Below, piece by piece: positions 1 to 15,200 of a stretch of 64,000 bases of DNA (positions within the stretch are counted from its first letter, which is position 1; every line of letters begins with the position of its first letter). The notes under the pieces were generated by a model. The model had not been told where the DNA came from. It saw only the letters and a program-made list of their open reading frames with translations, and made no database searches. The stretch comes from Centroscyllium fabricii (Eukaryota): the NCBI GenBank assembly GCA_051313645.2, contig JBNRSN020000194.1:124001-188000 (forward strand). Reading direction: 5' to 3'. Made by a program: the position numbers and the translations under genes.

Positions 1-467
1 TGAGAATTAATCCACTCTGACTGAGAATAATTGGAGCACCCGCCCCTGATTGAGAATACTCGGAGCACCCACCCCTGACTGAGAATACTCAGAGCAGGCG
101 CCTCTCACTGAGGATACTCGGAGCACCTGCCCCTGACTGAGAATAATCGGAGCACCCGCCCCTGATTGAGAGCACACACCCCTGACTGAGAATACTTGGA
201 GCACACACCCCTAACTGAGAATACTCAGAGCACACACCCCTGACTGTGAATACTCGGAGCACACACCCCTAACTGAGAATACTCGGAGAACACACCCCTG
301 ACTGAGAATACTTGGAGTTCTCATCACTGAATGAGAATACTCGGAGCACCTGCCCCTGACTGAGAATACTGAGAGAACCCGCCCCTGATTGAGAATAATC
401 GGAGCACCCGTCCCTGACTGAGAATACTCGGAGCACCTGCCCCTGACTGAAAATAGTCGGGGCACCA

Positions 468-1640
468 GCCCCTGACTTAGAATACTTGGGGCACCCGCCC
501 CTGACTGAGAATACTTGGAGTACCCGCCTCTGACTGAGAATACTCGGAGCACTCACCCCTGACTGAGAATACTCGGGGCACACACCCCTGACTGAGAATA
601 CTCGGAGCACTCGCCCCTGACTGAGAATACTCGGGGCACTCGCCCCTGACTGAGAATACTCAGAGCACCTGACCCTGACTGAGAATACTCAGAGCACTCA
701 CCCCTGACTGAGAATACTCGGAGCACCCGACCCTGACTGAGAATACTGAGAGCACCCGCCCCTGACTGAGAATATTCGGGGCATTCGCCCCTGACTGAGA
801 ATACTCAGAGCACCCGACCCTGACTGAGAATACTCAGAGCACTCGCCCCTGACTGAGAATACTCGGGGCACCCGCCCCTGACTGAGAATACTCAGAGCAC
901 TCGCCCCTGACTGAGAATACTCGGGGCACCCACCCCTGACTTAGAATATTTGGAGCACTCACCCTTGACTGAGAAAACATGGAGCACCCGCCCCTGACTG
1001 AAAATACTCAGAGCACTCGCCCCTGACTGATAATATTGGGGCACCCGCCCCTGACTTAGAATACTTGGGGCACCCGCCCCTGACTGAGAATACTTGGAGT
1101 ACCCGCCTCTGACTGAGAATACTCGGAGCACTCACCCCTGACTGAGAATACTCGGGGCACACACCCCTGACTGAGAATACTCGGAGCACTCGCCCCTGAC
1201 TGAGAATACTCGGGGCACTCGCCCCTGACTGAGAATACTCAGAGCACCTGACCCTGACTGAGAATACTCAGAGCACTCACCCCTGACTGAGAATACTCGG
1301 AGCACCCGACCCTGACTGAGAATACTGAGAGCACCCGCCCCTGACTGAGAATATTCGGGGCATTCGCCCCTGACTGAGAATACTCAGAGCACCCGACCCT
1401 GACTGTGAATACTCAGAGCACTCGCCCCTGACTGAGAATACTCGGGGCACCCGCCCCTGACTGAGAATACTCGGAGCACCCGCCCCTGACTGAGAATACT
1501 CGGGGCACCCGCCCCTGACTTATAATATTTGGAGCACTCACCCCTGAATGAGAAAACATGGAGCACCCGCCCCTGACTGAAAATACTCAGAGCACTCGCC
1601 CCTGACTGATAATATTGGGGCACCCGCCTCTGACTTAGAA
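468..1640. repeat. Tandem duplication, period 579 bp (20 monomers minus 1 bp)
   Basis: CCTGACTTAGAATACTTGGGG at 471 and 1050. The rare GAGAAAACATGGAGC and GATAATATTGGGG monomers recur at the same offset. ORF ends 552/1131 and 610/1189 differ by 579. Confidence 0.9.
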
Positions 1641-1884
1641 TACTCGGGGCAACCCGACCATGACTGAAAATATTTGGAGTACCCGCCCCTGACGGAGAAT
1701 ACTCAGAGCACTCGCCCCTGACTAAGAATACTCGGGGCACCCGCCCCTGACTGAGAATACTGGGAGAACCCGCCCCTGACTGAGAATACTCAGAGCACTC
1801 GCCCCTGACTGAGAATACTTGGAGTACCCGCCCCTGACTGAGAATACTTGGCGTAGCCGCCCCTGAATGAGAATACTTGGAGCA

Positions 1885-2068
1885 CCCGCCCCTCACTGAG
1901 AATACTCGGAGCACCCACCCCTTACTGAGAATACTGAGAGAACCCGCCCCTGACTGAGGAAACTCAGAGCACCCGCCCCTCACTGAGAATACTCGGAGCA
2001 CCCACCCCTTACTGAGAATACTGAGAGAACCCGCCCCTGACTGAGGAAACTCAGAGCACCCGCCCCTG
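1885..2068. repeat. Tandem duplication of 3 monomers (87 bp)
   Basis: CTTACTGAGAATACTGAGAGAACCCG...GAGGAAACTCAG at 1921 and 2008. Confidence 0.9.
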
Positions 2069-2594
2069 ACGGAGAATATTCGGAGCTCCCGCTCCTGACT
2101 GAGAATACTCGGAATACACACCACTGATTGAGAATATTCGGAGTACCCGCCCCTGACTGAGAATACTCTGAGTTCCCGCCCCTGACTAAGAATACTGAGA
2201 GCACCCGCCCATGACTGAGAATATTTGTTGCAGTCGCCCCTGACTGAGAATACTCGGAGCACCCGCCCCTGACTGAGAATATTCGGAGCAACCTCCCCTG
2301 TCTGAGAATACTCGGAGCACTCTTCCCTGAATGAGAATACTCGGAGAACCCGCCACTGAATGAGAATACTCAGAGCACCCACCCCTGAGTGAGAATACTC
2401 GGAGCACCCACCCCTGACTGAGAATATTCGGGGCACACGCCCCTGATTGAGAATAATCGGTGCACCCGCCCCTCACTGAGAATAATCGAAGCACACGCCT
2501 CTTACTTAGAATACTCGGAGTACCCGTCCCTGAATGAGAATACTCAGAGCACCCACCCCTGAATGAGAATACTTGGAGCACCCGCCCCTGAATG

Positions 2595-3298
2595 AGAATA
2601 CTCAGAGCACCCGCCCCAGAATGAGAATACTCGGAACACTAGACCCAGACTGAGAATATTAGGAGCACTTGCCCCTAACTGAGAATATTGAGAGCACCCG
2701 CACCTGACTGAGAATACTCGGAGCACCCACCGCTGAATGAGAATACTCAGAGCACCCGCCCCAGAAGGAGAATAATCGGAGCACCCGCCCCTGACTGAGA
2801 ATACTCGGAGCACCCGACCCTGACTGAGAATACAGAGAGAACCCGCACCTGACTGAGAATACTCGGAACACCCACCCCTGACTGAGAATACTCGGAGCAC
2901 CCGCCCCTGAATGAGAATACTCAGAGCACCCGGACCAGATTGAGAATACTCAGAGCACCCGCCCCAGAATGAGAATACTCGGAACACTAGACCCAGACTG
3001 AGAATATTAGGAGCACTTGCCCCTAACTGAGAATATTGAGAGCACCCGCACCTGACTGAGAATACTCGGAGCACCCACCCCTGAATGAGAATACTCAGAG
3101 CACCCGCCCCAGAAGGAGAATAATCGGAGCACCCGCCCCTGACTGAGAATACTCGGAGCACCCGACCCTGACTGAGAATACTGAGAGCACCCGCAACTGA
3201 CTGAGAATACTCGGAACACCCACCCCTGACTGAGAATACTCGGAGCACCCGCCCCTGAATGAGAATACTCAGAGCACCCGGACCAGATTGAGAATACT
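2595..3298. repeat. Tandem duplication, period 348 bp (12 monomers)
   Basis: GGAACACTAGACCCAGACTG marker (AGACCCAGAC at 2641 and 2989). CCAGAAGGAGAATAATC and GGACCAGATTG are also duplicated. Confidence 0.9.
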
Positions 3299-3739
3299 CG
3301 GAGCACCCGCCCCTGACTGAGAATACTCGGAGCTCCCGCCTCTGACTGAGAATACTGACAGCACCCGCCCATAACTGAGAATACTGAGAGCACCCGCCTC
3401 TGACTGAGAATACTGAGAGCACCCGCCCCTGACTGAGAATATTCGGAGCACCCACCCCTGACTGAAAATACTCGGAGCACCCGCCCCTGACTGAGAATAC
3501 TCAGAGCACCCGCCCCTGAATGAGAATACTCGTAGCACCCTCCCCTGACTGAGAATACTCAGAGCTCCGGCCCCTGACTGAGAATATTGAGAGCACCCGC
3601 CCCTGACTGAGAATACTGAGAGCACCCGCCCCTGACTGAGAATAATCGGAGCACCCGCCCCTGAATGTGAATACTCGGAAAACCCGTCCCTGACTGAGAA
3701 TACTCAGAGCTCCCGCTCCTGACTGAGAATACTGAGAGC

Positions 3740-6700
3740 ACACACTCATGACTGAGAATACTCAGAGCACAGAGCTCTGACTGAGGATACTAGGAGCACT
3801 CGCCCCTGACTGAGAATACTCGGAGCACCCGCCCCAGACTGAGAATACTCGGAGACCCCGCACCTGTCTCAGAATACTCGGAGAACCCGCCCCTGACTGA
3901 GAATACTGAGAGCACCCACCCCTGACTGAGAATACTGAGAGCACCCGCGCCTGACTGAGAATACTCGGAGCACCCGCACCGGACTGAATACTTGGAGCAA
4001 CCGCCCCTGACTGAGAATACATGGAGCACCCGCCCTTGACTGTGAATACTCAGAGCACCCGCCCCTGACTGAGAATTCTCAGAGCACCCGCCCCTGACTG
4101 AGAATACTCGGAGCACCCGCTCCTGACTGAGAATACTCGGAGTACAGACCTCTAATTGAGAATACTCGGAGCACATGCACCTGACTGAGAATACTCGGAG
4201 CACCCGCCCCTGACTGAGAATATTAGGAGCACTCGCCCCTAACGGAGAATACTCGGAGCACCCGTCCCTGACTGAGAATACTCGGAGCAGCCGCCCCTGA
4301 CTGAGAATACTGAGAGCACCCGCCCCTGACTGAGAATACTCGGAGCACCCGCCCCTGACTGAGAATACTGACAGCAACCGCCAATAACTGAGGATACTGA
4401 GAGCAGACGCCACTGATTGAGAATACTCGGAGCACCCGCCCCTGACTGATAATTCTTGGAGTAGCCGCACCTGACTGAGAATACTTGGAGCACCTGCCCC
4501 TGACTGAGAATACTCGGAGCACCCGCCTCTGACTGAGAATACTGAGAGCACCAGCCCCTGACTGAGGATACTCGGAGCACCCTCCCCTGATGGAGAATAC
4601 TCGGAGCTCCCGCCCCTGACTGAGAATACTGAGAGCACCTGCCCCTGACTGAGAATATTCGGAATACACACATGTGATTGAGAATACTCGGAGTACATGC
4701 CCCTGACTGAGAATACTCAGAGTACCCGCCCCTGACTAAGAATACTGAGAGCTCCCGCCCTTGACTGAGAATACTTGTTGCACTCGCCCCTGACTGAGAA
4801 TAGTCGGAGAACCTGCCCCTGACTGAGAATACTGAGAGTATCCGCCACTGACTGAGAATATTCGGAGTAATCTCCCCTGTATGAGAATACTCACAGCACC
4901 CGCCCCTGAATGAGAAAACTCGGAGCACTCGCCCCTGACTGAGAATACTCGGAGCACCCGCCCCTGACTGAGAATAATCGGGGCACACACCCCTGATTGA
5001 GAGTACTCGGAGCACCCGCCCCTGACTGAGAATACTCAGAGCACACGCCCCTTACTTAGAATACTCGGAACACCCGCCCCTGACCGAATACTGAGAGCAC
5101 CCGCCCCTGACTGAGAATATTTGGAGCAACCTCCCCTGACTGAGAATACACGGAGCACTCGCCCCTGAAAGAGAATACTCGGAGAACCCGCCACTGAATG
5201 AGAATACACAGAGCACCCACACCTGAGAGAGAATACTCGGAGCACCCGCCCCTGACTGAGAATACTCGGGGCACACGCCCCTGATTGAGAATAAATGGAG
5301 CACCCGCCTCTGACTGAGAATAATCGAAGCACACGCCTCTTACTTAGAATAATCGGAGCACCCGCCCCTGAATGAGAATAATCGGAGCACCTGCCCCTTA
5401 ATGAGAATACTCAGAGCACCCGACCCAGAATGAGAATACTCGGAGCACCAGACCAAGACTGAGAATACTAGGAGCACTTGCCCCTAACTGAGAATATTCG
5501 GAGCACATGCCCCTTACTTAGAATACTCTGAGCACCCGCACCTGAATGAGAATACTCAGAGCACCAACCACTGAATGAGAATACTCGGAGCACCCGCCCC
5601 TGAATGAGAATACTCAGAGCACCCGCCCCAGAATGAGAATAATCGGAGCACCCGCCCCTGACTGAGAATACTCGGAGCACCCGGCCCTGACTGAGAATAC
5701 TGAGAGCACCCGCACCTGACTGAGAATACTCAGAACACCCACCCCTGACTGAGAATACTCGGAGCACCCGCCCCTGAATGAGAATACTCAGAGCACCCGC
5801 CCCAGAATGAGAATACTAAGAGCACACACCCCTGACTGAGCATACTAGGAGCACTCGCCACTGACTGAGAATACTCAGAGCACGCGCCCCTGACTGAGAA
5901 TACTCGGAGCACCCGCCCCTGACTGAGAATACTCAGAGCTCCCGCCTCTGACTGAGAATACTGACAGCACCTGCCCATAACTGAGGATACTGAGAGCACA
6001 CGCCCCTGACTGAGAATACTGAGTGCACCCGCCCCTGACTGAGAATACTCGGAGCACCCACCCCTGACTGAAAATAATCGGAGGACCCACCCCTGACTGA
6101 GAATACTCAGAGCACCCGCACCTGACTGAGAATACTGAGAGCACTCGCCCCTGACTGAGAATACTAAGAGCACACACACCTGACTGAGCATACTAGGAGC
6201 ACTCGCCACTGACTGAGAATACTCAGAGCACCCGCCCCTGACTGAGAATACTCGGAGCACCCGCCCGTGACTGAGAATACTCGGAGAACCCGCTCCGACT
6301 GAGAATTCTGAGAGCACCCGCCCCTGACTGACAGTACTGAGAACACCCGCCCCTGACTGAGAATACTCGGAGCACCCGCCACTGACTGAGAATACTGAGA
6401 AAACCCGCCCCTGACTGAGAATATTTAGAGCCCCCGCCCCAGACTGAGAATATTGAGAGCACACACCGCTGACTGAGAATACTCAGAGCACAGAGCTCTG
6501 ACTGAGGATACTAGGAGCACTCGCCCCTGACTGAGAATACTCGGAGCACCCGACCCAGACTGAGAATACTCGGAGCACCCGCCCTTCTCTCAGAATACTG
6601 AGAGCACCGCCCCTGACTGATAATACTCGGAGAACCCGCCCCTGACTGAGGATACTGAGAGCACCCGTCCCTGACTGAGAATACTTGGAGTACCCGCCCC

Positions 6701-9700
6701 TGGCTGAGAATACTGAGAGCACTCGCCCCTGACTGAGAATATTCGGAGAAAACACCCCTGACTGAGAATACTCGGAGCACCCGCCCCTGACTGAGAACAC
6801 TCGGAGTACAGACCTCTAATTGAGAAGATTCGGAGCACACGCACCTGACTGAGAATATTCGGAGCACCCGCCCCTCACTGAGAATACTAGGAGCACTCGC
6901 CCCTAACTGAGAATACTCGGAGCACCCGCCCCTGACTGAGAATAATCGGAGCACCCGCCCCTAACTGAGATTACTGAGAGCACCCGCCCCTGACTGCAAA
7001 TATTCGGAGCACCAGCCCCTGACTGAGAATACTCGGAGCACTAGCCCCTGACTGAGAATACTGACAGCACCCACCAATAACTGAGGATACTGAGAGCAGC
7101 CGCCACTGATTGAGAATACTCAGAGCACCCGCCCCGGACTGAGAATTCTTGGAGTAGCCGCACCTGACTGAGAATACTTGGAGCACCCGCACCTGACTGA
7201 GAATACTCGGAGCACCCGCCCCTGACTGAGAATACTGAGAGCACACGCCCCTGAGTGAGGATATTCGGAGCACCTGCCCCTGAAGGAGAATACTTGGAGC
7301 TCCCGCCCCTGACTGAGAATACTGAGAGCACCCACCCCTGACTGAGAATACTCGGAATACACACATGTGATTGAGAATACTCGGAGTACAAGCCCATGAC
7401 TGAGAATACTCAGAGTACCCACCCCTGACTAAGAATAATGAGAGCACCCGCACTTGACTGAGGATATTCTAGCAACCTCCCCTGTATGAGAATACTCACA
7501 GCACCCGCCCCTGAATGAGAATACTCGGAGCACCCACCACTGACTGAGAATACTCGAAGCACCAGCCCATGAATGAGAATAATCGGGGCACACACCCCTG
7601 ATTGAGAGTACTTGGAGCACCCGCCCCTGACTGAGATTACTCAGAGCACACGCCCCTTACTTAGAAAACTCGGAGCACACGCCCCTGACCGAATACTGAG
7701 AGCACCCGCCCCTGACTGAGAATATTCGGAGCAACCTCCCCTGACTGAGAATACTCAGAGCACTCGCCCCTGAATGAGAATATTCGGAGAACCCGCCACT
7801 GAATGAGAATACTCAGAGCACCCAACCCTGAGTGAGAATACTCGGAGCACCCGCCCCTGACTGACAATACTCGGGGCACACGCCCCTGATTGAGAATAAT
7901 CGGAGCACCCGCCCCTGACTGAGAATAATCGAAGCACACGCCTTTACTTAGAATACTCGGAGCACCCGCCCCTGAATGAGAATACTCAGAGCACCCACCA
8001 CTGAATGAGAATACTCGGATCGCCCACCCCTGAATGAGAATACTCAGAGCACCCGCCCCAGAATGATAATAATCGGAGCACCCGCCCCTGACTGAGAATA
8101 CTCGGAGCACCCGACCCTGACTGAGAATACTCGGAGCACCCGCCCCGAATGAGAATACTCAGACCACCCGCCCCAGAATGAGAATACTAAGAGCACACAC
8201 CCCTGACTGAGCATAGTAGGAGCACTCGCCACTGACTGAGAATATTAAGAGCACCCGCCCCTGACTGAGAATACTGAGAGCACCCGCCCCTGACTGAGAA
8301 TACTGAGAGCACACGCCCCTGACTGAGAAAACTCGGAGCACCCATCCCTGACTGAAAATACTCGGAGCACCCGCCCCTGACTGAGAATACTCAGAGCACC
8401 CGCAACTGACTGAGAATACTGAGAGCACTCACCCCTGACTGAGAATATTAAGAGCACACACCCCTGACTGAGCATACTAGGAGCACTCGCCACTGACTGA
8501 GAATACTCAGAGCACCCGCCCCTGACTGAGAATACTCGGAGCACCCGCCCCTGACTGAGAATATTTAGAGCACCCGCCCCTGACTGAGAATACTGAGAGC
8601 ACACACCGCTGACTGAGAATACTCGGAGCACCCGACCCAGACTGAGAATACTCGGAGCACCCGCCCATCTCTCAGAATACTGAGAGCACCCGCACATGAC
8701 TGATAATACTCGGAGAACCCGCACATGACTGAGGATACTGAGAGCACCCGCCCCTGACTGAGAATACTTGGAGTACCCGCCCCTGGCTGAGAATACTGAG
8801 AGCACTCGCCCCTGACTGAGAATACTCGGGGCACACATCCCTGACTGAGAATACTCGGGGCACCCGCCACTGATTGAGAATACTCGGAGCACCCACCCCT
8901 GACTGAGAATACTGAGAGCACACACCCCTGACATAAAACTTGGAGTACCCGCCACTGACTGAGAATAATCGGAGAAACCACCCCTGACCTAGAATATTCG
9001 GAGCACCCGTGCCTCAATGAGAATACTCGGAACACCCGCCCCTGAATGAGAATACTCAGAGCACCCGCCCCTGACTGAGAATATTCGAGCACCAGCCCCT
9101 GACTGAGAATACTCGGGGCACCCGCTCCTGACAAAGAATACTGAGAGCACCCGCCCCTGACTGAGAATATTCGGAGCAACCGCCCCTGACTGAAAATACT
9201 GAATGCACCCGCCCCTGACTGAGAATAATCGGAGTACAGACCTCTGACTGAGAATACTCGAAGCACCCGCCCCTGAATGAGAATAATCGGGGCACACACC
9301 CCTGATTGAGAGTACTTGGAGCACCCTCCCCTGACTGAGATTACTCAGAGCACACGCCCCTTACTTAGAATACTCGGAGCACACGCCCCTGACCGAATAC
9401 TGAGAGCACCCGCCCCTGACTGAGAATATTCGAAGCTACCTCCGCTGACTGAGAATACTCAGAGCACTCGCCCCTGAATGAGAATATTCAGAGAACCCGC
9501 CACTGAATGAGAATACTCAGAGCACACAAACCTGAGTGAGAATAATCGGAGCACCCGCCCCTGACTGACAATACTCGGGGCACACGCACCTGATTGAGAG
9601 TAATTGGAGCACCCGCCCCTGACTGAGAATAATCGAAGCACAAGCTTTACTTAGAATACTCGGAGCACCCGCCCCTGAATGAGAATACTCAGAGCACCAC

Positions 9701-10700
9701 CACTGAATGAGAATACTCAGATCACCCACCCCTGAATGAGAATACTCAGAGCACCCGCCCCAGAATGAGAATAATCGGAGCACCCGCCCCTGACTGAGAA
9801 TACTCGGAGCACCCGACCCTGACTGAGAATAGTCGGAGCACCCGCCCCTGAATGAGAATACTCAGACCACCCACCCCAGAATGAGAATACTAAGAGCACA
9901 CACCCCTGACTGAGCATAGTAGGAGCACTCGCCACTGACTGAGAATATTAAGAGCACCCGCCCCTGACTGAGAATACTGACAGCACCCGCCCATAACTGA
10001 GGATACTGAGAGCACCCGCCCCTGACTGAGAATACTGAGAGCACACGCCCCTGACTGAGAATATTCGGAGCACCCATCCCTGACTGAAAATACTCGGAGC
10101 ACCCGCCCCTGACTGAGAATATACAGAGCACCCGTAACTGACTGAGAATACTGAGAGCACACACCCCTGACTGGGAATACTAAGAGCACACACCCCTGAC
10201 TGAGCATACTAGGAGCACTCGCCACTGACTGAGAATACTCAGAGCACCCGCCCCTGACTGAGAATACTCGGAGCACCCGCCCCTGACTGAGAATATTTAG
10301 AGCACCCGCCCCTGACTGAGAATACTGAGAGCACACACCGCTGACTGAGAATACTCGGAGCACCCGACCCAGACTGAGAATACTCGGAGCACCCGCCCCT
10401 CTCTCAGAATACTGAGAGCACCCGCCCATGACTGATAATACTCGGAGAACCCGCCCATGACTGAGGATACTGAGAGCACCCGCCCCGACTGAGAATACTT
10501 GGAGTACCCGCCCCTGGCTGAGAATACTGAGAGCACTCGCCCCTGACTGAGAATACTCGGAGCACACATCCCTGACTGAGAATACTCGGGGCACCCGCCA
10601 CTGACTGAGAATACTCGGAGCACCCACCCCTGACTGAGAATACTCGGAGCACCCACCCCTCACTGAGAATAATCGGAGCAACCGCCCCTGACTGAGAATA
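3740..10700. repeat. Older, diverged multi-kb duplications (offsets about 2.6-2.7 kb and about 1.7 kb)
   Basis: AGAGCTCTG at 3771/6492; CATGTGATTG at 4671/7364; 2-bp-deleted monomer TGACCGAATA at 5081, 7686 and 9390; ORF pair 7755/9459 (offset 1704). Confidence 0.75.
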
Positions 10701-12269
10701 CTGAGAGCACCCACCCTGACAGAAAACCAGGAGTACCCGCCACTGACTGAGAATAATCGGAGAAACCACCCCTGACTGAGAATATTCGGAGCACCCGTGC
10801 CTCAATGAGAATACTCGGAACATCCGCCCCTGACTGAGAATACTCAGAGCACCCGCCCCTGACTGAGAATACTCGGAGCACCCGCCCCTGACTGAGAATA
10901 CTCGGAGCACCCGCTCCTGACAAAGAATACTGAGAGCACCCGCCCCTGACTGAGAATATTCGGAGCATCTGCCCCTGACTGAAAATACTGAATGCACCCG
11001 CCCCTGACTGAGAATAATCGGAGTACAGACCTCTGATTGAGAATACTCGGAGCACCCGGCACTGACTGAGAATAATCGGAGTATCCGCCCATGATTCAAA
11101 ATACTAAGAGCACCCGCCCCTGACTGAGAATAATTGTTGCATTCGCCCCTGACTGAGAATACTCGGAGCACTCGCCCCTGACTGAGACTACTCAGAGTAC
11201 CTGCCCCTGACTGAGAATACTCGGAGCACCCGGCCCTGATTGAGAATACTCGGTGCACCCGCCTCTGACTGAGAATACTCGGAGCACCCGCCCCTGACTC
11301 AGAATATTGAGAGCACACGCCCCTGACTTAGAATACTTGCAGCACCCGAACCTGACTGAGAATACTCGGAGCACCCGCCCCGACTGAGAATACTTGGAGT
11401 ACCCGCCCCTGGCTGAGAATACTGAGAGCACTCGCCCCTGACTGAGAATACTCGGAGCACACATCCCTGACTGAGAATACTCGGGGCACCCGCCACTGAC
11501 TGAGAATACTCGGAGCACCCACCCCTGACTGAGAATACTCGGAGCACCCACCCCTCACTGAGAATAATCGGAGCAACCGCCCCTGACTGAGAATACTGAG
11601 AGCACCCACCCTGACAGAAAACCTGGAGTACCCGCCACTGACTGAGAATAATCGGAGAAACAACCCCTGACTGAGAATATTCGGAGCACCCGTGCCTCAA
11701 TGAGAATACTCGGAACATCCGCCCCTGACTGAGAATACTCAGAGCACCCGCCCCTGACTGAGAATACTCGGAGCACCCGCCCCTGACTGAGAATACTCGG
11801 AGCACCCGCTCCTGACAAAGAATACTGAGAGCACCCGCCCCTGACTGAGAATATTCGGAGCATCTGCCCCTGACTGAAAATACTGAATGCACCCGCCCCT
11901 GACTGAGAATAATCGGAGTACAGACCTCTGATTGAGAATACTCGGAGCACCCGGCACTGACTGAGAATAATCGGAGTATCCGCCCATGATTCAAAATACT
12001 AAGAGCACCCGCCCCTGACTGAGAATAATTGTTGCATTCGCCCCTGACTGAGAATACTCGGAGCACTCGCCCCTGACTGAGACTACTCAGAGTACCTGCC
12101 CCTGACTGAGAATACTCGGAGCACCCGGCCCTGATTGAGAATACTCGGTGCACCCGCCTCTGACTGAGAATACTCGGAGCACCCGCCCCTGACTCAGAAT
12201 ATTGAGAGCACACGCCCCTGACTTAGAATACTTGCAGCACCCGAACCTGACTGAGAATACTCGGAGCAC
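10476..12269. repeat. Near-identical tandem duplication, period 895 bp (31 monomers minus 4 bp)
   Basis: ORF pairs 10404/11299, 10660/11555 and 10844/11739 are all offset 895. CATGATTCAAAATACTAAG and CCGAACCTG markers are duplicated. I noticed only about two differences. Confidence 0.95.
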
Positions 12270-15200
12270 TCGCCCCTGACTGAGAATACTTGGAGCCCCC
12301 GCCCCTGACTGAGAATACTAGGAGCACTCGCCCCTAACTGAGAATATTCGGAGCATCCACCTCTGACTGAGAATACTAGGAGCACTCGCCCCTAACTGAG
12401 AATACTCTGAGCACCCGCCTCTGACTGAGAATACTAGGATAACTCGCCCCTAACTGAGAATACTCGGAGCACCCGCCCCTGACTGAGAATACTCAGAGCA
12501 CCCGCCACTGACTGAGAATACTGAGAGCACCTGCCCCTGACTGAGAATACTCAGAGCACCAGCCCTTGACTGAGAATATTCAGAGCTCCCGCCCCTGACT
12601 GAGAATACAGACAGCACCCGCCCATAACTGAGGATATTGAGAGCACCCGCCACTGACTGAGAATACACGGAGCAACCGCCCCTGACTGAGAATACTCGGA
12701 GCAACGGCCCCTGATTGAGAATACTCAGAGCTCCCGCCCCTGGCTGAGAATACTCAGAGTGCCCGCCCCGACTGAGAATACAGACAGCACCCGCCAATAA
12801 CTGAGGATACTGAGAGCACCCGCCACTGACTGAAAATACACGGAGCACCCACCCATGACTGAGAACACTCGGAGCACCCGCCCCTGACTGAGAATACTCA
12901 GAGTACCTGCCCCTGACTGAGAATACTGAGAGCACCCGCCCCTGACTGAGAATACTGAGAGCACACACCCCTGACTGAGAATACTCGGAGCACACACCCC
13001 TGACTGAGGATACTAGGAGCACTCGCCCCTGACTGAGAATACTCGGAGCACCCGCCCCTGACTGAGAATACTCGGAGCTCCCGCCCCTGACTCAGAATAC
13101 TGAGGGCACCCGCCCCTGACTGAAAATACTCGGAGCACTCACCCGTTACTTAGAATACTCGGAGCACCCGCCCCTGAATGAGAATACTCGGAGCACCCGT
13201 CCCTGAATGAGAATACTCAGAGCACCCGCCCCAGAATGAGAATACTCGGAGCACACGCCCCAGAATGAGAATTCTCGGAGCACCCGCCCCTGACTGAGAA
13301 TACTGAGAGCACTCGACCCTGACTGAGAATATTAGGAGCACTCGCCCCTAACTGAGAATACTCGGGGCACACGCCCCTGATTGAGAATAATCGAAGCACA
13401 TGCCTCTTTCTTAGAATAATCAGAGCACCCGCCCCTGAATGAGAATACTCAGAGCACCCAACCCTGAATGAGAATACTCGGAGTACCCAGCCCCTGAATG
13501 AGAATACTCAGAGCACCCACCCCAGAATAAGAATATTCGGAGCACCAGACCCAGACTGAGAATACTAGGAGCACTTGCCCCTAACTGAGAATACTCAGAG
13601 CAGACGCCCCTTACTTAGAATACTCGGAGCACCCGCCCCTGAATGGGAATAATCAGAGCACCCAACACTGAATGAGAAAACTCGGAGCACCCGCCCCTGA
13701 ATGAGAATACTCAGAGCACCCACCCCTGAATGAGAATACTCGGAGTACCCAGCCCCTGAATGAGAATACTCAGAGCACCCGCCCAAGAATGAGAATAATC
13801 GGAGCACCAGACCCAGACTGAGAATACTAGGAGCACTTGCCCCTAACTGAGAATACTCAGAGCACACGCCCCTTACTTAGAATACTCGGAGCACCAGTCC
13901 CTGAATGGGAATAATCAGAGCACCCAACACTGAATGAGAATACTCGGAGCACCCGCCCCTGAATGAGAATACTCAGAGCACCCGCCCCAGAATGAGAATA
14001 ATCGGAGCACCCGCCCCTGACTGAGAATACTCGGAGCACCCGACCCTGACTGAGAATACTGAGAGCACCCGCACCTGACTGAGAATACTGGGAGCACCCG
14101 CCCATGACTTAGAATACTCAGAGCATCCGCCCCTGACTGAGAATACTCAGAGCACCCGCCCCTGAATGAGAATACTAGGAGCACCCACCGCAGACTGAGA
14201 ATACTCGGAGCACCCGCCCCTGAATGAGAATTCTCGGAGCACCCACCCCTGACTGAGAATACTCAGAGCACTCACCCCGACTGAGAATAACCGGAGCACC
14301 CACCCCCCTGACTGAGAATACTCGGAGCACCCGCCACTGTCTGAGAATTCTCGGTGCACTCGCCCCACACTCAGAATACTCGGAGCACACACCCCTGACT
14401 GAGGATACTCGGAGCACTCTCCCCTGACTGAGAATACTGGGAGCACACACCCCTTACTGAGAATACTCGGATCACACACCCGTGACATAGAATAATCGGA
14501 GCACCCGCCCTGGACTGAGAATACTCGGAGCACCCGCCCCTGACTGAGAATACTCAGAGCACTCGCCCCTGACTGAGTATACTGAGAGCACCCGCCCCTG
14601 ACTGAGAATACTCAGAGCACCCGCCCCTGACTTAGAATAATCGGAGCACCCGCCCCTGACTGAGAATATTCGGAGCACCCGCCCATGACTGGGAAAACTT
14701 GGAGTACCCGCCCCTGACTGGGAATACTCAGAGCACACGCTCCTGTCTGAGAATATTCGGAGCACACACCCCTGACTGAGAATACTCGGAGTACCCGCCC
14801 CTGACTCAGAATACTCAGAGCACTTGCCCCTGACTGAGAATACTTTTTGCACCCACCCCTGACTGAGAATACTCAGAGCACTCGCCTCTGACTGAGAATA
14901 ATCGGAGCACTCGACCCTGACTGAGGATACTCGGAGTACCCACCACTGACCCAGAATACTGAGAGCACCCGCCCCTGACTCAGAATACTCAGAGCACCCG
15001 CCCCTGAATGAGAATACTCAGAGCACTCGCCCCTGACTGAGAATACTTGGAGCACACACCTCTGACTGAGAATACTCGGAGCACCTGCACCTGACTTAGA
15101 ATACTTGGATCACCCGCCCCTGACTGAGAATACTCAGAGCACCCGCCCCTGACTGAGTATACTGGGAGCATCCGCCCCTGACTGAGAATACTCGGAGCAC

